DNA of 64,000 nt from positions 32,001 to 96,000 of the forward strand of contig JAKFBU010000076.1 in NCBI GenBank assembly GCA_036676985.1, in the 5' to 3' direction. Positions 46,647-56,416 of this stretch are shown in pieces. The DNA comes from Candidatus Sericytochromatia bacterium (GTDB lineage Bacteria; Cyanobacteriota; Sericytochromatia; S15B-MN24; UBA4093). The notes beneath the pieces were generated by a model, which was not told the origin of the DNA, made no database searches, and was given only the letters and a program-made list of their open reading frames with translations. Position 1 is the stretch's first letter, and each line of letters begins with the position of its first letter. A program made the position numbers and the translations under genes.

Positions 46647-47119
46647 GACCGGGGCGCCTCGACGCGGATCCGTTCGCGGTGGTCGTAACGGTCCGAGCCC
46701 TTCTCGACGGCGATGGTGGCGTCCCACAGCCCGTCCAGGGGCAGGTCGACGTCGGCCTCGAAGCGGCCCTGCTCGGTCTCACGCATGGGCAGGGACTGGT
46801 CGTAGCCCGCCAGCGTCGGCCGGTAGAGCTTGAGCGTGACCTTGGCGCCCGACAGGGGAGCCGCCGACTTGTCGGCGAGGGTCACGACGACCGGGCCCTT
46901 GGCGGCCTTGGGGGCCGTGAGGGAGACCTTCCAGCCGGGCGTGTTGAGCTCGCGCGCGCGCTCCTCGCCGTAGCGCAGGCCGTGCCGGTAGTAGTTCTCG
47001 GTCACCAGGCCGTCGTAGGTGGTGCTCGCGAGCACGATGCTGGTCACCAGACCGGCCACCGTCAGACCGAGCAGCCCGATCATGCCTCCGATGAACTTCT
47101 GGGCGTAGGTGAGTTTCAT
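46643..47119 (-). CDS. ccoH: CcoH/FixH
   Basis: TM followed by GLVTENYYRHGL; LYRPT, GLWD; operon position. Confidence 0.85.
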   Translation of the reverse strand: MKLTYAQKFIGGMIGLLGLTVAGLVTSIVLASTTYDGLVTENYYRHGLRYGEERARELNTPGWKVSLTAPKAAKGPVVVTLADKSAAPLSGAKVTLKLYRPTLAGYDQSLPMRETEQGRFEADVDLPLDGLWDATIAVEKGSDRYDHRERIRVEAPRS

Positions 47120-47138
47120 AGCAGCCGCCTTTCTGAGC

Positions 47139-48539
47139 CTAGACCTTGGGCCGTTCGTCCCGCTTCACTTGCCCCTTGTCGGGCATGACGAAGGTGCTCT
47201 TCGCCTCGGCGAGACGCTTGCCCGACTCCTCGTCCACCAGGGCGAAGGTGAAGCGGTTGACGTGATGCCCGTCGTCGTTCGTGGGCCGGACCGCGAGCGC
47301 CACGCTCGCCTGCACCACCTCGCCGCTCTTGGCCGTGATCACGGGAGCTGGCCCCATGAACTGGGCCTCGAGGCCGTCGATCACCACCTTGTAGGTGTGG
47401 GCCCGGTTGTCCATGTTGATGGCCTTGACCGTGTAGACGTTCGCGATGCGGCCGTCCTCCAGCTCCCGGTAGACGAAGCTGCGGTTGCGCAGGACGTCCA
47501 CCTGGGTGATGGGGTGGGTCACGACGCGGTAGCCGATGAGCGAGATCATGGCGACCAGCACCGCCGCGTAGACGTAGAGGCGCGGGTGCGTCTTCTGCGG
47601 CTTGCCGGCGATCTGGTTCTCGCTGACGATCTCGATCAGGTTCGGCTTGAAGCCCACCTTGGGCATGACCGTGTTGCAGGCGTCCACGCAGCGCATGCAG
47701 GAGATGCACTCGAACTGCGGGCCCTTGCGGATGTCGATGCCCGCCGGGCACACGTCCACGCACAGCTTGCAGTCCACGCAGTCACCGGCGTCCCGCTCCT
47801 GCTCCTTGCGGAAGAATTGGCGGGGCTCGCCGCGCTCCACGTTGAAGGTGACCACCAGGGAGTTGGGGTCGAGCATGACGCCCTGGAAGCGCCCGTAGGG
47901 GCAGGGACCGTGGCACAGCTGCTCGCGGAAGCGCCCGAAGTCGCTGTAGGCGAGCCCGAAGAAGAAGAGCAGCCAGAACCAGTTGCTCGGCGTGAGGCCC
48001 AGGGTCGCCGTCCGGTTCAGGAGGTCCGGCATGGGGACGAAGTAGGCCACCACGTTGAAGCTGAAGAGGAGGGAGATGAGGATGAAGAGCGCGTGCTTGG
48101 ACACGCGCTTGCGGATCTTCTCGGCGGTCCAGGGGGACTTGGCCAGCTTCATCTGCTGGTTGCGGTCCCCCTCGATCCACCGCTCGATCTCGAGGTAGAT
48201 GCTCGTGCCGACCGTCTGCGGGCAGGCGAAGCCGCACCACAGGCGTCCCCAGATGGCCGTGACCAGGAACAGGCCGAGGGCCATGGAGATGAGCAGGAGC
48301 GCCAGGAGGTAGGTGTCCTGGGGCCAGAAGGTCATCCAGAGGATGTGGAACTTCCGGGCCGGGATGTCGAAGAGCACTGCCGGGCGATCGCCGATCCGCA
48401 GCCAGGGCAGCAGGAAGAACCCGCCGAGCAGCACCGCGAAGACCATCCAGCGCTTGGCTTGAAGGCTTCCCCAGATGTGCTTGACGAAGATCCGCTGACG
48501 CTTGGCGTACAGATCGTGGCCCGGCATGCGCTCCAACAT
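47139..48539 (-). CDS. ccoG: CcoG/FixG 4Fe-4S protein
   Basis: GRLWCGFACPQT, CHGPCPYGRFQ, CVDCKLCVDVCP, CISCMRCVDAC. Confidence 0.95.
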   Translation of the reverse strand: MLERMPGHDLYAKRQRIFVKHIWGSLQAKRWMVFAVLLGGFFLLPWLRIGDRPAVLFDIPARKFHILWMTFWPQDTYLLALLLISMALGLFLVTAIWGRLWCGFACPQTVGTSIYLEIERWIEGDRNQQMKLAKSPWTAEKIRKRVSKHALFILISLLFSFNVVAYFVPMPDLLNRTATLGLTPSNWFWLLFFFGLAYSDFGRFREQLCHGPCPYGRFQGVMLDPNSLVVTFNVERGEPRQFFRKEQERDAGDCVDCKLCVDVCPAGIDIRKGPQFECISCMRCVDACNTVMPKVGFKPNLIEIVSENQIAGKPQKTHPRLYVYAAVLVAMISLIGYRVVTHPITQVDVLRNRSFVYRELEDGRIANVYTVKAINMDNRAHTYKVVIDGLEAQFMGPAPVITAKSGEVVQASVALAVRPTNDDGHHVNRFTFALVDEESGKRLAEAKSTFVMPDKGQVKRDERPKV

Positions 48540-48547
48540 GGGTGTCC

Positions 48548-49102
48548 CTACTTTCCTTGCAGGCTATGCACGTAGGCCGTGACCTGCTGGATCTTGGTGG
48601 TTCCCAGCTGGCTCCAGGCCGGCATGCCGCCCTTGGCTTCCGGGTTCAGGCCCGGCGTGCCGTTGGTCCCCTTGGTGATGATGAACTCGATGTCCTCGGC
48701 CGAGCCCTTGCCGTACGCCCAGTAGGGCGGGTGCGAGAGGCTGGGACCGATGCCGCCCTCGGCGTTGGCGCCGTGGCATGCCGCGCAGTTCTGCGTGAAG
48801 ATGGCCTTGCCCGCCTCGAGCGCCTTGGGATCCGCGAGCATGGCCTGCAGGCCGCCGGCGGTCGCCTGGGTGCTGGCCAGCTTGGCCGTCTGCTCGGCGG
48901 CCACCTTGACCTCGTTGTCGTAGCGCTTGTTCTGGCTCCACTTCATGGAGCCGTCCCAGAACCAGAAGCTCGGCATCAGCACCCAGTAGATGAGCGCCCA
49001 GACGATGGTCCCGTAGAACATGGTGAGCCACCAGCCCGGCAGCGGATTGTCGTATTCCTCGATGCCATCGCAGGAATGGATGATTTCAGGTTCTTTGGCC
49101 AT
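48548..49102 (-). CDS. ccoP: cbb3 oxidase subunit III (short, monoheme)
   Basis: DGIEEYDNPLPGWW; single CAACH; GMPAW. Confidence 0.9.
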   Translation of the reverse strand: MAKEPEIIHSCDGIEEYDNPLPGWWLTMFYGTIVWALIYWVLMPSFWFWDGSMKWSQNKRYDNEVKVAAEQTAKLASTQATAGGLQAMLADPKALEAGKAIFTQNCAACHGANAEGGIGPSLSHPPYWAYGKGSAEDIEFIITKGTNGTPGLNPEAKGGMPAWSQLGTTKIQQVTAYVHSLQGK

Positions 49103-49105
49103 CGT

Positions 49106-49255
49106 TTAGTCCTCTTGCAGCGGCATGTGGGCGTAGGCTTCCAGGGTCGCCTTGTTCTTGCGGCGATAGGCCCAGAAGGTCACGCCCAGGAAGATCGGGA
49201 AGAACATGAGCAGCGAGACGATCTTGCTCGCCGTCACCAGCGTGTCGAAATCCAT
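49106..49255 (-). CDS. ccoQ: cbb3 oxidase subunit IV (not in ORF track)
   Basis: 49 aa, FLGVTFWAY...AHMPLQED, between ccoO and ccoP; GGAGG RBS. Confidence 0.9.
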   Translation of the reverse strand: MDFDTLVTASKIVSLLMFFPIFLGVTFWAYRRKNKATLEAYAHMPLQED

Positions 49256-49264
49256 GGCGTCCTC

Positions 49265-49867
49265 CTACTTCACGGCCGTGCCGAGGCTCTGGAGATAGGC
49301 GATCAGAGCGTCGAGCTCCGTCTTGCCCTCCACCTGCGCGGGTGCTGCGGCGATCTCCTCGTCGGTGTACGGGGTGCCGAGCATCCGCAGCCGCTCCATC
49401 TTGGTCTGGGTCGTGCTGGTGTCGAGCGCGTTCTTCTCCAGCCAGGGGTACCGCGGCATGACCGACTCGGGCACCATCGACTTGGGGTCGCGCATGTGCT
49501 GCACGTGCCACGAGTCGGGGTACTTGCCGCCCACGCGGGCCAGGTCCGGACCCGTGCGCTTGGAGCCCCACTGGAACGGGCGGTCGTAGATGGACTCACC
49601 TGCCAGGCTGTAGTGCCCGTAGCGCTCGGTCTCCGAGCGGAAGGGGCGGATCTGCTGGCTGTGGCAGTTGTAGCAACCTTCCTTGACGTAGATGTCGCGT
49701 CCCTCGAGCGCCAGGGGGGCGTAGGGCTTCACGCCCTCGACCGGCGGCACCGAGCTCTTGACGAAGTACAGGGGAAGGATCTCGACGAGACCGCCGATGC
49801 TGACGGTGATCGTCACGAAGAGCGCCATCTTCAGGGTCTTGGTTTCGATGTCTTTGAACAAAGGCAT
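49265..49867 (-). CDS. ccoO: cbb3 oxidase subunit II
   Basis: [29 protein letters not shown]. Confidence 0.97.
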   Translation of the reverse strand: MPLFKDIETKTLKMALFVTITVSIGGLVEILPLYFVKSSVPPVEGVKPYAPLALEGRDIYVKEGCYNCHSQQIRPFRSETERYGHYSLAGESIYDRPFQWGSKRTGPDLARVGGKYPDSWHVQHMRDPKSMVPESVMPRYPWLEKNALDTSTTQTKMERLRMLGTPYTDEEIAAAPAQVEGKTELDALIAYLQSLGTAVK

Positions 49868-49878
49868 TTACGTCACTC

Positions 49879-51339
49879 CTACGAGGCGAGGCCAGGCGCG
49901 GTGGCCGGACGGGCCTGCGGCTGCGTGCGGATGGTCATGTAGGTGTTGTAGGCCATCACGAGCATGCCGGCGAGGAAGAGGCCGCCGCCGATCATGCGGA
50001 TGACGTAGAAGGGGTGCATCGCCGCGACGGACTCGGCGAAGGTGTAGGTCAGGCTGCCGTCAGCGTTGGTGGCGCGCCACATGAGGCCCTGGCTGATGCC
50101 GGCCATCCACATGGCGGCGACGTAGAGCACCACGCCGATGGTCGACATCCAGAAGTGGGTGTTGATCAGCTTGACGCTGTACATCTCGGTGCCCTTGTTC
50201 CAGAGGCGCGGAATCATGAAGTAGAGCGAGCCGATCGAGATCATGGCGACCCAGCCGAGCGCCCCGGAGTGCACGTGGCCGACGGTCCAGTCGGTGTAGT
50301 GGCTGAGCGCGTTGAGCGATCGCACGGCCAGGGCCGAGCCCTCGAAGGTCGACATGCCGTAGAAGGTGACGGCCGTGAACATGAACTTGATGATGGGGTC
50401 CGTGCGCAGCTTGTCCCAGGCGCCCTTGAGCGTGAGCATGCCGTTGAGCATGCCGCCCCACGACGGGGCGATCAGGACCACCGAGAAGGTCATGCCGAGG
50501 GTCTGGGCCCACTCGGGCAAAGACGTGTAGAGCAAGTGGTGCGGGCCGGCCCAAATGTAGATGAAGACGAGCGCCCAGAAGTGGATGATCGACAGGCGGT
50601 AGCTGAAGATCGGCCGCTGGGCCTGCTTGGGCAGGAAGTAGTACATGAGGGCGAGGAAGCCCGTGGTCAGGAAGAAGCCGACCGCGTTGTGGCCGTACCA
50701 CCACTGGATGAGGGCATCCTGGACGCCCGAGTAGAGCGAGTAGGACTTGGTCCAGCTGACGGGCATGCTCGACATGCCGTTGAAGAGGTAGAGGACCAAG
50801 GTGGCGATGTAGAGCCCCATGGCGAACCAGTTGGCGACGAAGATGTGCTTTTCCTTACGCTTGGCGAGCGTACCGAAGAAGTTGATCATCGAGGCGATCC
50901 AGACCACGCCGATGATGATCGAGATGGGCCACTCCATCTCGGCGTACTCCTTGCCGCGGGTGAAGCCCAGGGGCAGGAAGATGGCGTCGAGCACGATCGC
51001 GAGCTGCCAGCCCCAGAAGTTGATCTTGGAGAGGGCGTCGCTGAACATGCGGGTCCGGCAGGTGCGCTGGACCATGTAGTAGATGGAGGCGAAGAGCACG
51101 TTGCCGCCGAAGGCGAAGATGACGGCGTTGGTGTGCAGGGGGCGGAGGCGACCGAAGGTCAGCCAGGGTTGATCGAAGTTGAGCGCCGGGAAGGCGAGCT
51201 CGGCGGCGATGTAGACCCCGACCAGCATGCCGACGATGCCCCAGAAGATCGAGGCGATCGTGAACAGGCGGACGCTTTCGTCGTCGTAGACGGGAGGCGT
51301 TTCCGCCACGCCCTGGGGGGTGCTAAGAGTGTGTTGCAT
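49879..51339 (-). CDS. ccoN: cbb3 oxidase subunit I
   Basis: [40 protein letters not shown]. Confidence 0.98.
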   Translation of the reverse strand: MQHTLSTPQGVAETPPVYDDESVRLFTIASIFWGIVGMLVGVYIAAELAFPALNFDQPWLTFGRLRPLHTNAVIFAFGGNVLFASIYYMVQRTCRTRMFSDALSKINFWGWQLAIVLDAIFLPLGFTRGKEYAEMEWPISIIIGVVWIASMINFFGTLAKRKEKHIFVANWFAMGLYIATLVLYLFNGMSSMPVSWTKSYSLYSGVQDALIQWWYGHNAVGFFLTTGFLALMYYFLPKQAQRPIFSYRLSIIHFWALVFIYIWAGPHHLLYTSLPEWAQTLGMTFSVVLIAPSWGGMLNGMLTLKGAWDKLRTDPIIKFMFTAVTFYGMSTFEGSALAVRSLNALSHYTDWTVGHVHSGALGWVAMISIGSLYFMIPRLWNKGTEMYSVKLINTHFWMSTIGVVLYVAAMWMAGISQGLMWRATNADGSLTYTFAESVAAMHPFYVIRMIGGGLFLAGMLVMAYNTYMTIRTQPQARPATAPGLAS

Positions 51340-51407
51340 AGCGCTTGTCTCTCCTCAAATGCGCGCGAGGGGCCTGCAGCCGAGACGGGCCAGGATACCG
51401 ATGAATC

Positions 51408-51429
51408 ATTATGAGAAAGCTCTCATAAT
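51408..51429. promoter_or_regulatory. Perfect palindromic operator ATTATGAGA-AAGC-TCTCATAAT
   Basis: 9-4-9 inverted repeat just downstream of the putative cco -10 (TACAAT, 51444-51439, minus strand). Confidence 0.65.
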
Positions 51430-51466
51430 CCCGTCGCCATTGTAGGAAGCGCGCTTCCTGGGCAGA

Positions 51467-51483
51467 TCCGTAGTAAGTACCTA
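51467..51483. promoter_or_regulatory. Activator-like site TCCGTAG-TAA-GTACCTA at the cco promoter
   Basis: Centre is 31 bp from minus-strand TACAAT. Confidence 0.6.
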
Positions 51484-51571
51484 AAGGTGGCAAAGATCAG
51501 TAGTTCACACGGACCCACGTTGAGCGGATCAGACGTAGGATGACCCGCACAAAGTGGCTCAAGGAGACCCC

Positions 51572-52012
51572 ATGTCCTCTAACGACTCCCGGCCCTCGCC
51601 TGCCAAGCGCGGTTGGGGCCTCTGGCTGTTGCTCGTGCTGCTCGTCGCGGGCGTTCTGGGCTCGCGCGCCTGGATCGGCGCCCAGCGATCGGTGCCCGTC
51701 ACGGGAGCGAGCGCCTGGCGCATGACGGTCCTGCCGCCCTCGGGCCGCGTGATCCACGAGCCGACCCGCTTCGAGGTCGAGATCGTCGGCTCCGACGGGC
51801 GCCCCGTGGAGGGGGCTGCTGTCGAGTTCGACCTGACGATGCCCGCCATGGAGATGCCGCTCAACCGCTTCGCCGCGCCGGCCGTGCCCGGCGCTCCTGG
51901 CCGCTACCGCGGCGAGGGCACCTTCACCATGAAGGGCGAGTGGCGGATCGAGGCCATCGCGCGCCTGGGCGACGCCGGCGCCCGGGCCGACCGGATCGAG
52001 CAGGTGCGGTGA
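51572..52012 (+). CDS. YtkA/FixH-like membrane-anchored protein
   Basis: TM anchor; DLTMPAMEM, GRY, FTMKGEW; AAGGAG RBS. Confidence 0.8.
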   Translation: MSSNDSRPSPAKRGWGLWLLLVLLVAGVLGSRAWIGAQRSVPVTGASAWRMTVLPPSGRVIHEPTRFEVEIVGSDGRPVEGAAVEFDLTMPAMEMPLNRFAAPAVPGAPGRYRGEGTFTMKGEWRIEAIARLGDAGARADRIEQVR

Positions 52013-52023
52013 TGCACCCAACA

Positions 52024-52063
52024 ACACCAGGCATGTGTCGCCTGTGGCCGCCTACCGGCGGCT
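52024..52063. repeat. 40-bp intergenic repeat, copy 2
   Basis: 36/40 identical to 33145-33184. Confidence 0.7.
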
Positions 52064-52073
52064 TGGAGGAACA

Positions 52074-52745
52074 GTGTTGTTAGGCGCATTGCCCTACTGG
52101 GCGGCCATTTCCCTCGGCTTCTTCTTCAGCTTCGCGCACTGCCTGGGCATGTGCGGCGGGATCGTCGCGGCCTACGCGTCGACGCTGCCCTCGGGCGGTC
52201 GGGGCGACGTCTGGCCCCATGTCCTCTACAGCCTCGGCCGGACCGTGACCTACGCGCTCATCGGGGCCTTGGTGGGCGGGCTCGGCTCGGCCGTCGAGGT
52301 CGGAGCGCGGCTCGCGGGGGCGCAGGGCGCCATGAGCGTGCTGGCGGGCGGCGTGATGATCCTCCTGGGGGTCGGCATGCTGGGGTGGAAGCTGCCGGGG
52401 ATTGGCCGGTTGCCGACGTTCGCGTCGAGTCCGCGCTTCCAGGGGGCGTTTCAGCGGGTGCTGCGGACGGATGCCCGGTGGCGGACCTTCGGGATCGGGG
52501 TGCTGAACGGCTTTCTGCCGTGCGGGATGGTGTACAGCGGGGCGGCCCTGGCGCTCTCGAGCGCGCATCCATTGACCGGGGCGCTGACGATGGCGAGCTT
52601 CGGGCTCGGGACGCTGCCGGCCATGCTCATGCTCGGGCTTTTGGCCTACCGGCTGGGCACGCAGCTGCGCGAGCGGCTGCAGCAGGTGGGGGCGCTGGTG
52701 CTGATCGGGGTGGGGGTCATGACCATCTGGCGCGGGGTGGCTTGA
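52074..52745 (+). CDS. DsbD_2 / TauE-SafE-like membrane protein associated with cbb3 biogenesis
   Basis: HCLGMCGG, YSLGR, GFLPCGMVY, FGLGT. Confidence 0.88.
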   Translation: MLLGALPYWAAISLGFFFSFAHCLGMCGGIVAAYASTLPSGGRGDVWPHVLYSLGRTVTYALIGALVGGLGSAVEVGARLAGAQGAMSVLAGGVMILLGVGMLGWKLPGIGRLPTFASSPRFQGAFQRVLRTDARWRTFGIGVLNGFLPCGMVYSGAALALSSAHPLTGALTMASFGLGTLPAMLMLGLLAYRLGTQLRERLQQVGALVLIGVGVMTIWRGVA

Positions 52746-52746
52746 C

Positions 52747-53394
52747 TCAGGCCGGAGCGATGCGGCCGTTCGTGCAGCAGGTCTCGATGAGCGGACAGGG
52801 CGGCGGCACGGCCTGGTGGCTCGCCCGCTCCCGGGCGATCGCCCGCCCCACCGCCTCGCCGACGACCGGCGCGAGGCTCGCCGCGATCGCCACGTGCGTC
52901 GCCTCGTACGCGTCCGGCGCTTCGCTGGTGACAAACAGGAAGCCCACCGGAGCCCCCGCGGCGTAGAGCGGCAACGTCAGGCTGCTGCGCATGCCCTCCG
53001 CGATGAGCCGCTGAGTCGGCAAGGACGACGGACGCAGCGACAGGTAGAGCCGGAGGTCGTGGAGAATCCGGACCGCCCCCTCCGCCAGGAGGGGCTCCAG
53101 GCTGGACCCCAGGAGCGGCCGCGTCTCGCCCACCCCCCACTTGAGCGCCGGTCGGCGGGAGCACACGCCGTGCGCGACCACGCTCGCGCCGTCCTCGCTC
53201 AACAGCGCGAGCCCCAGGCGATCGAAGGGCAGCTCGTCCGGCATGTGCCCCGCGAGCTCCTCGAAGACCTCCGCGACCGTCGTCGCCGACCGCAAGGCCG
53301 CGGCCACCCGGTCGAGGCGCGTCCGGGACAGGGCGTTCGGGCTCTCGGCGAGCCGTTCGTCGTCCAGCGGGTGGATGAACTCGATCGCTTCCAT
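52747..53394 (-). CDS. Stand-alone GAF-domain protein
   Basis: PFDRLGLAL, EGMRSSLTLPL, VGFLFV; Cys-rich tail (CPLIETCC). Confidence 0.8.
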   Translation of the reverse strand: MEAIEFIHPLDDERLAESPNALSRTRLDRVAAALRSATTVAEVFEELAGHMPDELPFDRLGLALLSEDGASVVAHGVCSRRPALKWGVGETRPLLGSSLEPLLAEGAVRILHDLRLYLSLRPSSLPTQRLIAEGMRSSLTLPLYAAGAPVGFLFVTSEAPDAYEATHVAIAASLAPVVGEAVGRAIARERASHQAVPPPCPLIETCCTNGRIAPA

Positions 53395-53461
53395 GGCCCC
53401 CTCCTCGCGATGCTTTCGCTCGTTTGTAACGTCATGTTAAGCCCGGGCGCCGGGGAGGGGA

Positions 53462-53501
53462 TCCGGAAGAACTACGGACTCCGTTACGCAAAAACTACGG
53501 A
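53462..53501. promoter_or_regulatory. Two tandem activator-like sites serving divergent promoters
   Basis: TCCGGAA-GAA-CTACGGA (53462-53478) and TACGCAA-AAA-CTACGGA (53485-53501); TAACAT (minus) and TAGACT (plus) each start 31 bp from a centre. Confidence 0.6.
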
Positions 53502-53617
53502 TTCGTTCCCAGGTTCGGACCGCTAGACTGGCGGCCGAGGCTGCGTGTATGTATTCTTCACAATCTCCGGCGGTGGCAGCATCGCCGTCCAATTGGTATG
53601 ACGGTATAATGGCTCGT

Positions 53618-54964
53618 ATGAACGAGTTCCAGACCGAGCTGCCTGCCAGCTTGGAGCGCCGTCACCAACTGCTGACCGAGGCCCTGAACGCGATTGCCGT
53701 CGCGATCACGGCCGAATCGGACCTGGACAAGATCTTCCAGGTCATCGTGGACGCCGCCCGCCTGCTGGTCAACGCCAAGGCCGCCATCATCTACCAGGTC
53801 AACGACGACCTCACGGGGCTCGTCTCGGCCGCCTTCTCGTACGAGCACGTGGGCGATCGCCGTGACCCCGGCCACGGCAGCTTCATGATCCCGCTCGGCC
53901 GCGGCCTCATCTCGGACATCTTCTACGGCGGCAAGCCCGTGCGCCTCACGGACGTCTCGTCCTACCAGGGCCGCCGCGGGTTCCCGAGCGACCACATCCG
54001 CATCGACAAGCTGCTCGGCGTGCCCCTCCTGGACAAGACCGGCAAGAGCATCGGCCTGCTCATGGCCTCGGACAAGCTCGACGGCACCGACTTCGCGCTC
54101 GAGGACGAGGAGATCTTCCTCTCGTTGGCGCGCCAGGGCGGCATCGCCGTCGAGAACGCGCGTCTCTATCGCCAGCTCAAGGAGACCAACGAGAACCTCG
54201 AGGCCCTCGTCGCCGCCCGCACCGCGGAGCTTGCCCAGAAGAACGAGGAGCTCGAGACCGCGAGCCGCCTCAAGAGCGAGTTCCTCGCCAAGATGAGCCA
54301 CGAGCTCCGCACGCCGCTCAACTCGATCATCGGCTTCTCCGACATGCTCCTCAAGCAGCTCTACGGCCCGCTCAACCAGCAGCAGTCGGACGGCCTGGAG
54401 CGCGTGCTGCGCAACGGCAAGCACCTCTTGGCGCTCATCAACGACGTGCTCGACATCTCCAAGATCGAGGCCTCCCGCATGCCCGTGCGCATCGAGTGCT
54501 TCAACCCGCGCGAGGCCCTCATGCAGGCCCTGAGCGCCGTGGAGCCGCTCGCCCGCAAGCGCGGCCACACGCTCTCGCACGACCTCTCCGCGGCCCCCCT
54601 CGAGGTCGCGTCGGACGCCACCAAGGTGCGCCAGATCGTCCTCAATCTGTTGACCAACGCCATCAACTTCACGGACACCGGCGAGATCCGGCTCACGGCC
54701 GAGTCCGCCGGGGACTGCTGGAAGGTCGTCGTCTCCGACACGGGCATCGGCATCCCCGACGAGGAGCTCACCCGCATCTTCGACGAGTTCTACCAGGTCG
54801 ACAGCTCCAGCACCCGCAAGGTCGGGGGGACGGGCCTGGGCCTGCCCATCTGCGCCAAGATGGCCCGCCTGCTGGGCGGCGAGCTCGCGGTCGAGAGCGC
54901 CCTGGACCAGGGCAGCACGTTCACCGTGACCCTCCCCCTCACCTCGGATCCCGTGGAGGCCTGA
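53618..54964 (+). CDS. Cytoplasmic GAF sensor histidine kinase
   Basis: GAF (LLGVPL, AVENARLY), MSHELRTPL, NLLTNA, DTGIGI, GTGLGL; alternative starts at 53549 and 53609. Confidence 0.93.
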   Translation: MNEFQTELPASLERRHQLLTEALNAIAVAITAESDLDKIFQVIVDAARLLVNAKAAIIYQVNDDLTGLVSAAFSYEHVGDRRDPGHGSFMIPLGRGLISDIFYGGKPVRLTDVSSYQGRRGFPSDHIRIDKLLGVPLLDKTGKSIGLLMASDKLDGTDFALEDEEIFLSLARQGGIAVENARLYRQLKETNENLEALVAARTAELAQKNEELETASRLKSEFLAKMSHELRTPLNSIIGFSDMLLKQLYGPLNQQQSDGLERVLRNGKHLLALINDVLDISKIEASRMPVRIECFNPREALMQALSAVEPLARKRGHTLSHDLSAAPLEVASDATKVRQIVLNLLTNAINFTDTGEIRLTAESAGDCWKVVVSDTGIGIPDEELTRIFDEFYQVDSSSTRKVGGTGLGLPICAKMARLLGGELAVESALDQGSTFTVTLPLTSDPVEA

Positions 54965-55332
54965 TGCGTCGCGTGCTGTTGGTCGAGGACGTCGAGGACA
55001 ACCGCAAGCTGGCGGGCGACCTGCTGCGCTTCGGGGGATGGGACGTGACGGAGGCCGTCAACGGCGAGGAGGCCGTCCTCAAGGCGCGCGCCGAGGCCTT
55101 CGACCTCATCCTCATGGACCTCTCGCTGCCCGGCGCCATCGACGGCTGGGGGGCCACCGAGGTCATCAAGTCGGAGCGCCCGGCCCTCATCGTCGCCCTC
55201 ACGGCCCATGCGATGGCCGGTGATGCGGAGCGGGCCATGGCCGCCGGCTTCGACGGGTACATCACCAAGCCCATCGAGATCGACACGTTCCTGCCCTTGG
55301 TCGAGGAGGTGGTCTCCCGTGTCCGCGCCTGA
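54964..55332 (+). CDS. Single-domain response regulator (DivK-like)
   Basis: VLLVED, ILMDLSLP, ALTAHAMAGD, YITKPI. Confidence 0.92.
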   Translation: MRRVLLVEDVEDNRKLAGDLLRFGGWDVTEAVNGEEAVLKARAEAFDLILMDLSLPGAIDGWGATEVIKSERPALIVALTAHAMAGDAERAMAAGFDGYITKPIEIDTFLPLVEEVVSRVRA

Positions 55333-56416
55333 TATCCGCGTCCTGGTCGTCGACGACCACGAGGACAACCTCGCCCTGCTCAAGCTGATCCTGGAGGCTC
55401 GCTCGCTCGGCTACATCGGCGCCTCGGACGGCTACCAGGGCCTCGAGCTGGCCAAGACGGAGCGGCCCGACCTCATCCTCCTGGACCTCGAGATGCCCGG
55501 CATGGACGGCTTCACGATGCTCGAGGCCCTCAAGGCCAACGGCCTCACCCGCCACATCCCCGTCATCATCCTCACGGCGACCTACCTGGAGCCCAAGAGC
55601 GTCGAGCGCGGCCTCTCCCTGGGCGCGGACGAATACCTCACCAAGCCCATCAACCCCGAGGAGCTGCTGGTCCGGATCCGCTCGGTGATCCGGGTGCGCA
55701 AGGCGGAGAAGGAGCTCAACCAGCTGCGCAAGGACTTCACGTCCATGCTCGTCCATGACCTGCGATCGCCCCTCGAAGGCGTCGGCATCGCCCTCAACCT
55801 CGTCCTGACCCAGGAGCTGCCCGAGAAGGACGCCAAGCAGCTGGTGGGCATGGCGCGCGACCAGATCCTCGACCTGTCTCACCTGGTGGGCGACCTTCTG
55901 GAGCTGCACCGCGCCGAGGCCGGCATGACGGTGGTGACCGAGGCCATGAACCCGCACTACCTGATCGCGGACGTGACGAACGAGTGCGAGCTGGTGGCCA
56001 AGGATCGGGACCTGACGCTAAGGTGCGAGGCGCCCGACGCCATGCCGCACATCCTGGGCGATCGCCGCATCCTCAAGCGCGTGCTCGTCAACCTGGTCTC
56101 CAACGCCCTCAAGTTCACGGTCCAGGGCGAGGTCGTCATCCGGGTCTCCCCGCAGGACGCCTTTCTGCGCCTCGAGGTGCAGGACACGGGCCCGGGCATC
56201 CCGCCCGAGGAGCTGGATCGGCTCTTCGACAAGTACTTCCACATCAAGCGCCGCAAGGAGAAGCCCGAGCACGGCTTCGGCCTGGGGCTGGCCTTCTGCA
56301 AGGCCGCCATCGAGGAGCACGGCGGCCGGATCGGCGTGGCAAGCGAGCTCGGCCAGGGTTCGACCTTCTGGATCGAGGTCCCGCTCGCCCAGTCGGAAGT
56401 CTCGGTCGCGAGCTAG
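55319..56416 (+). CDS. Hybrid receiver-histidine kinase
   Basis: VLVVDD, LLDLEMP, TKP; VHDLRSPL, NLVSNA, DTGPGI, GFGLGL; GAGGAGG RBS. Confidence 0.92.
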   Translation: MSAPDIRVLVVDDHEDNLALLKLILEARSLGYIGASDGYQGLELAKTERPDLILLDLEMPGMDGFTMLEALKANGLTRHIPVIILTATYLEPKSVERGLSLGADEYLTKPINPEELLVRIRSVIRVRKAEKELNQLRKDFTSMLVHDLRSPLEGVGIALNLVLTQELPEKDAKQLVGMARDQILDLSHLVGDLLELHRAEAGMTVVTEAMNPHYLIADVTNECELVAKDRDLTLRCEAPDAMPHILGDRRILKRVLVNLVSNALKFTVQGEVVIRVSPQDAFLRLEVQDTGPGIPPEELDRLFDKYFHIKRRKEKPEHGFGLGLAFCKAAIEEHGGRIGVASELGQGSTFWIEVPLAQSEVSVAS

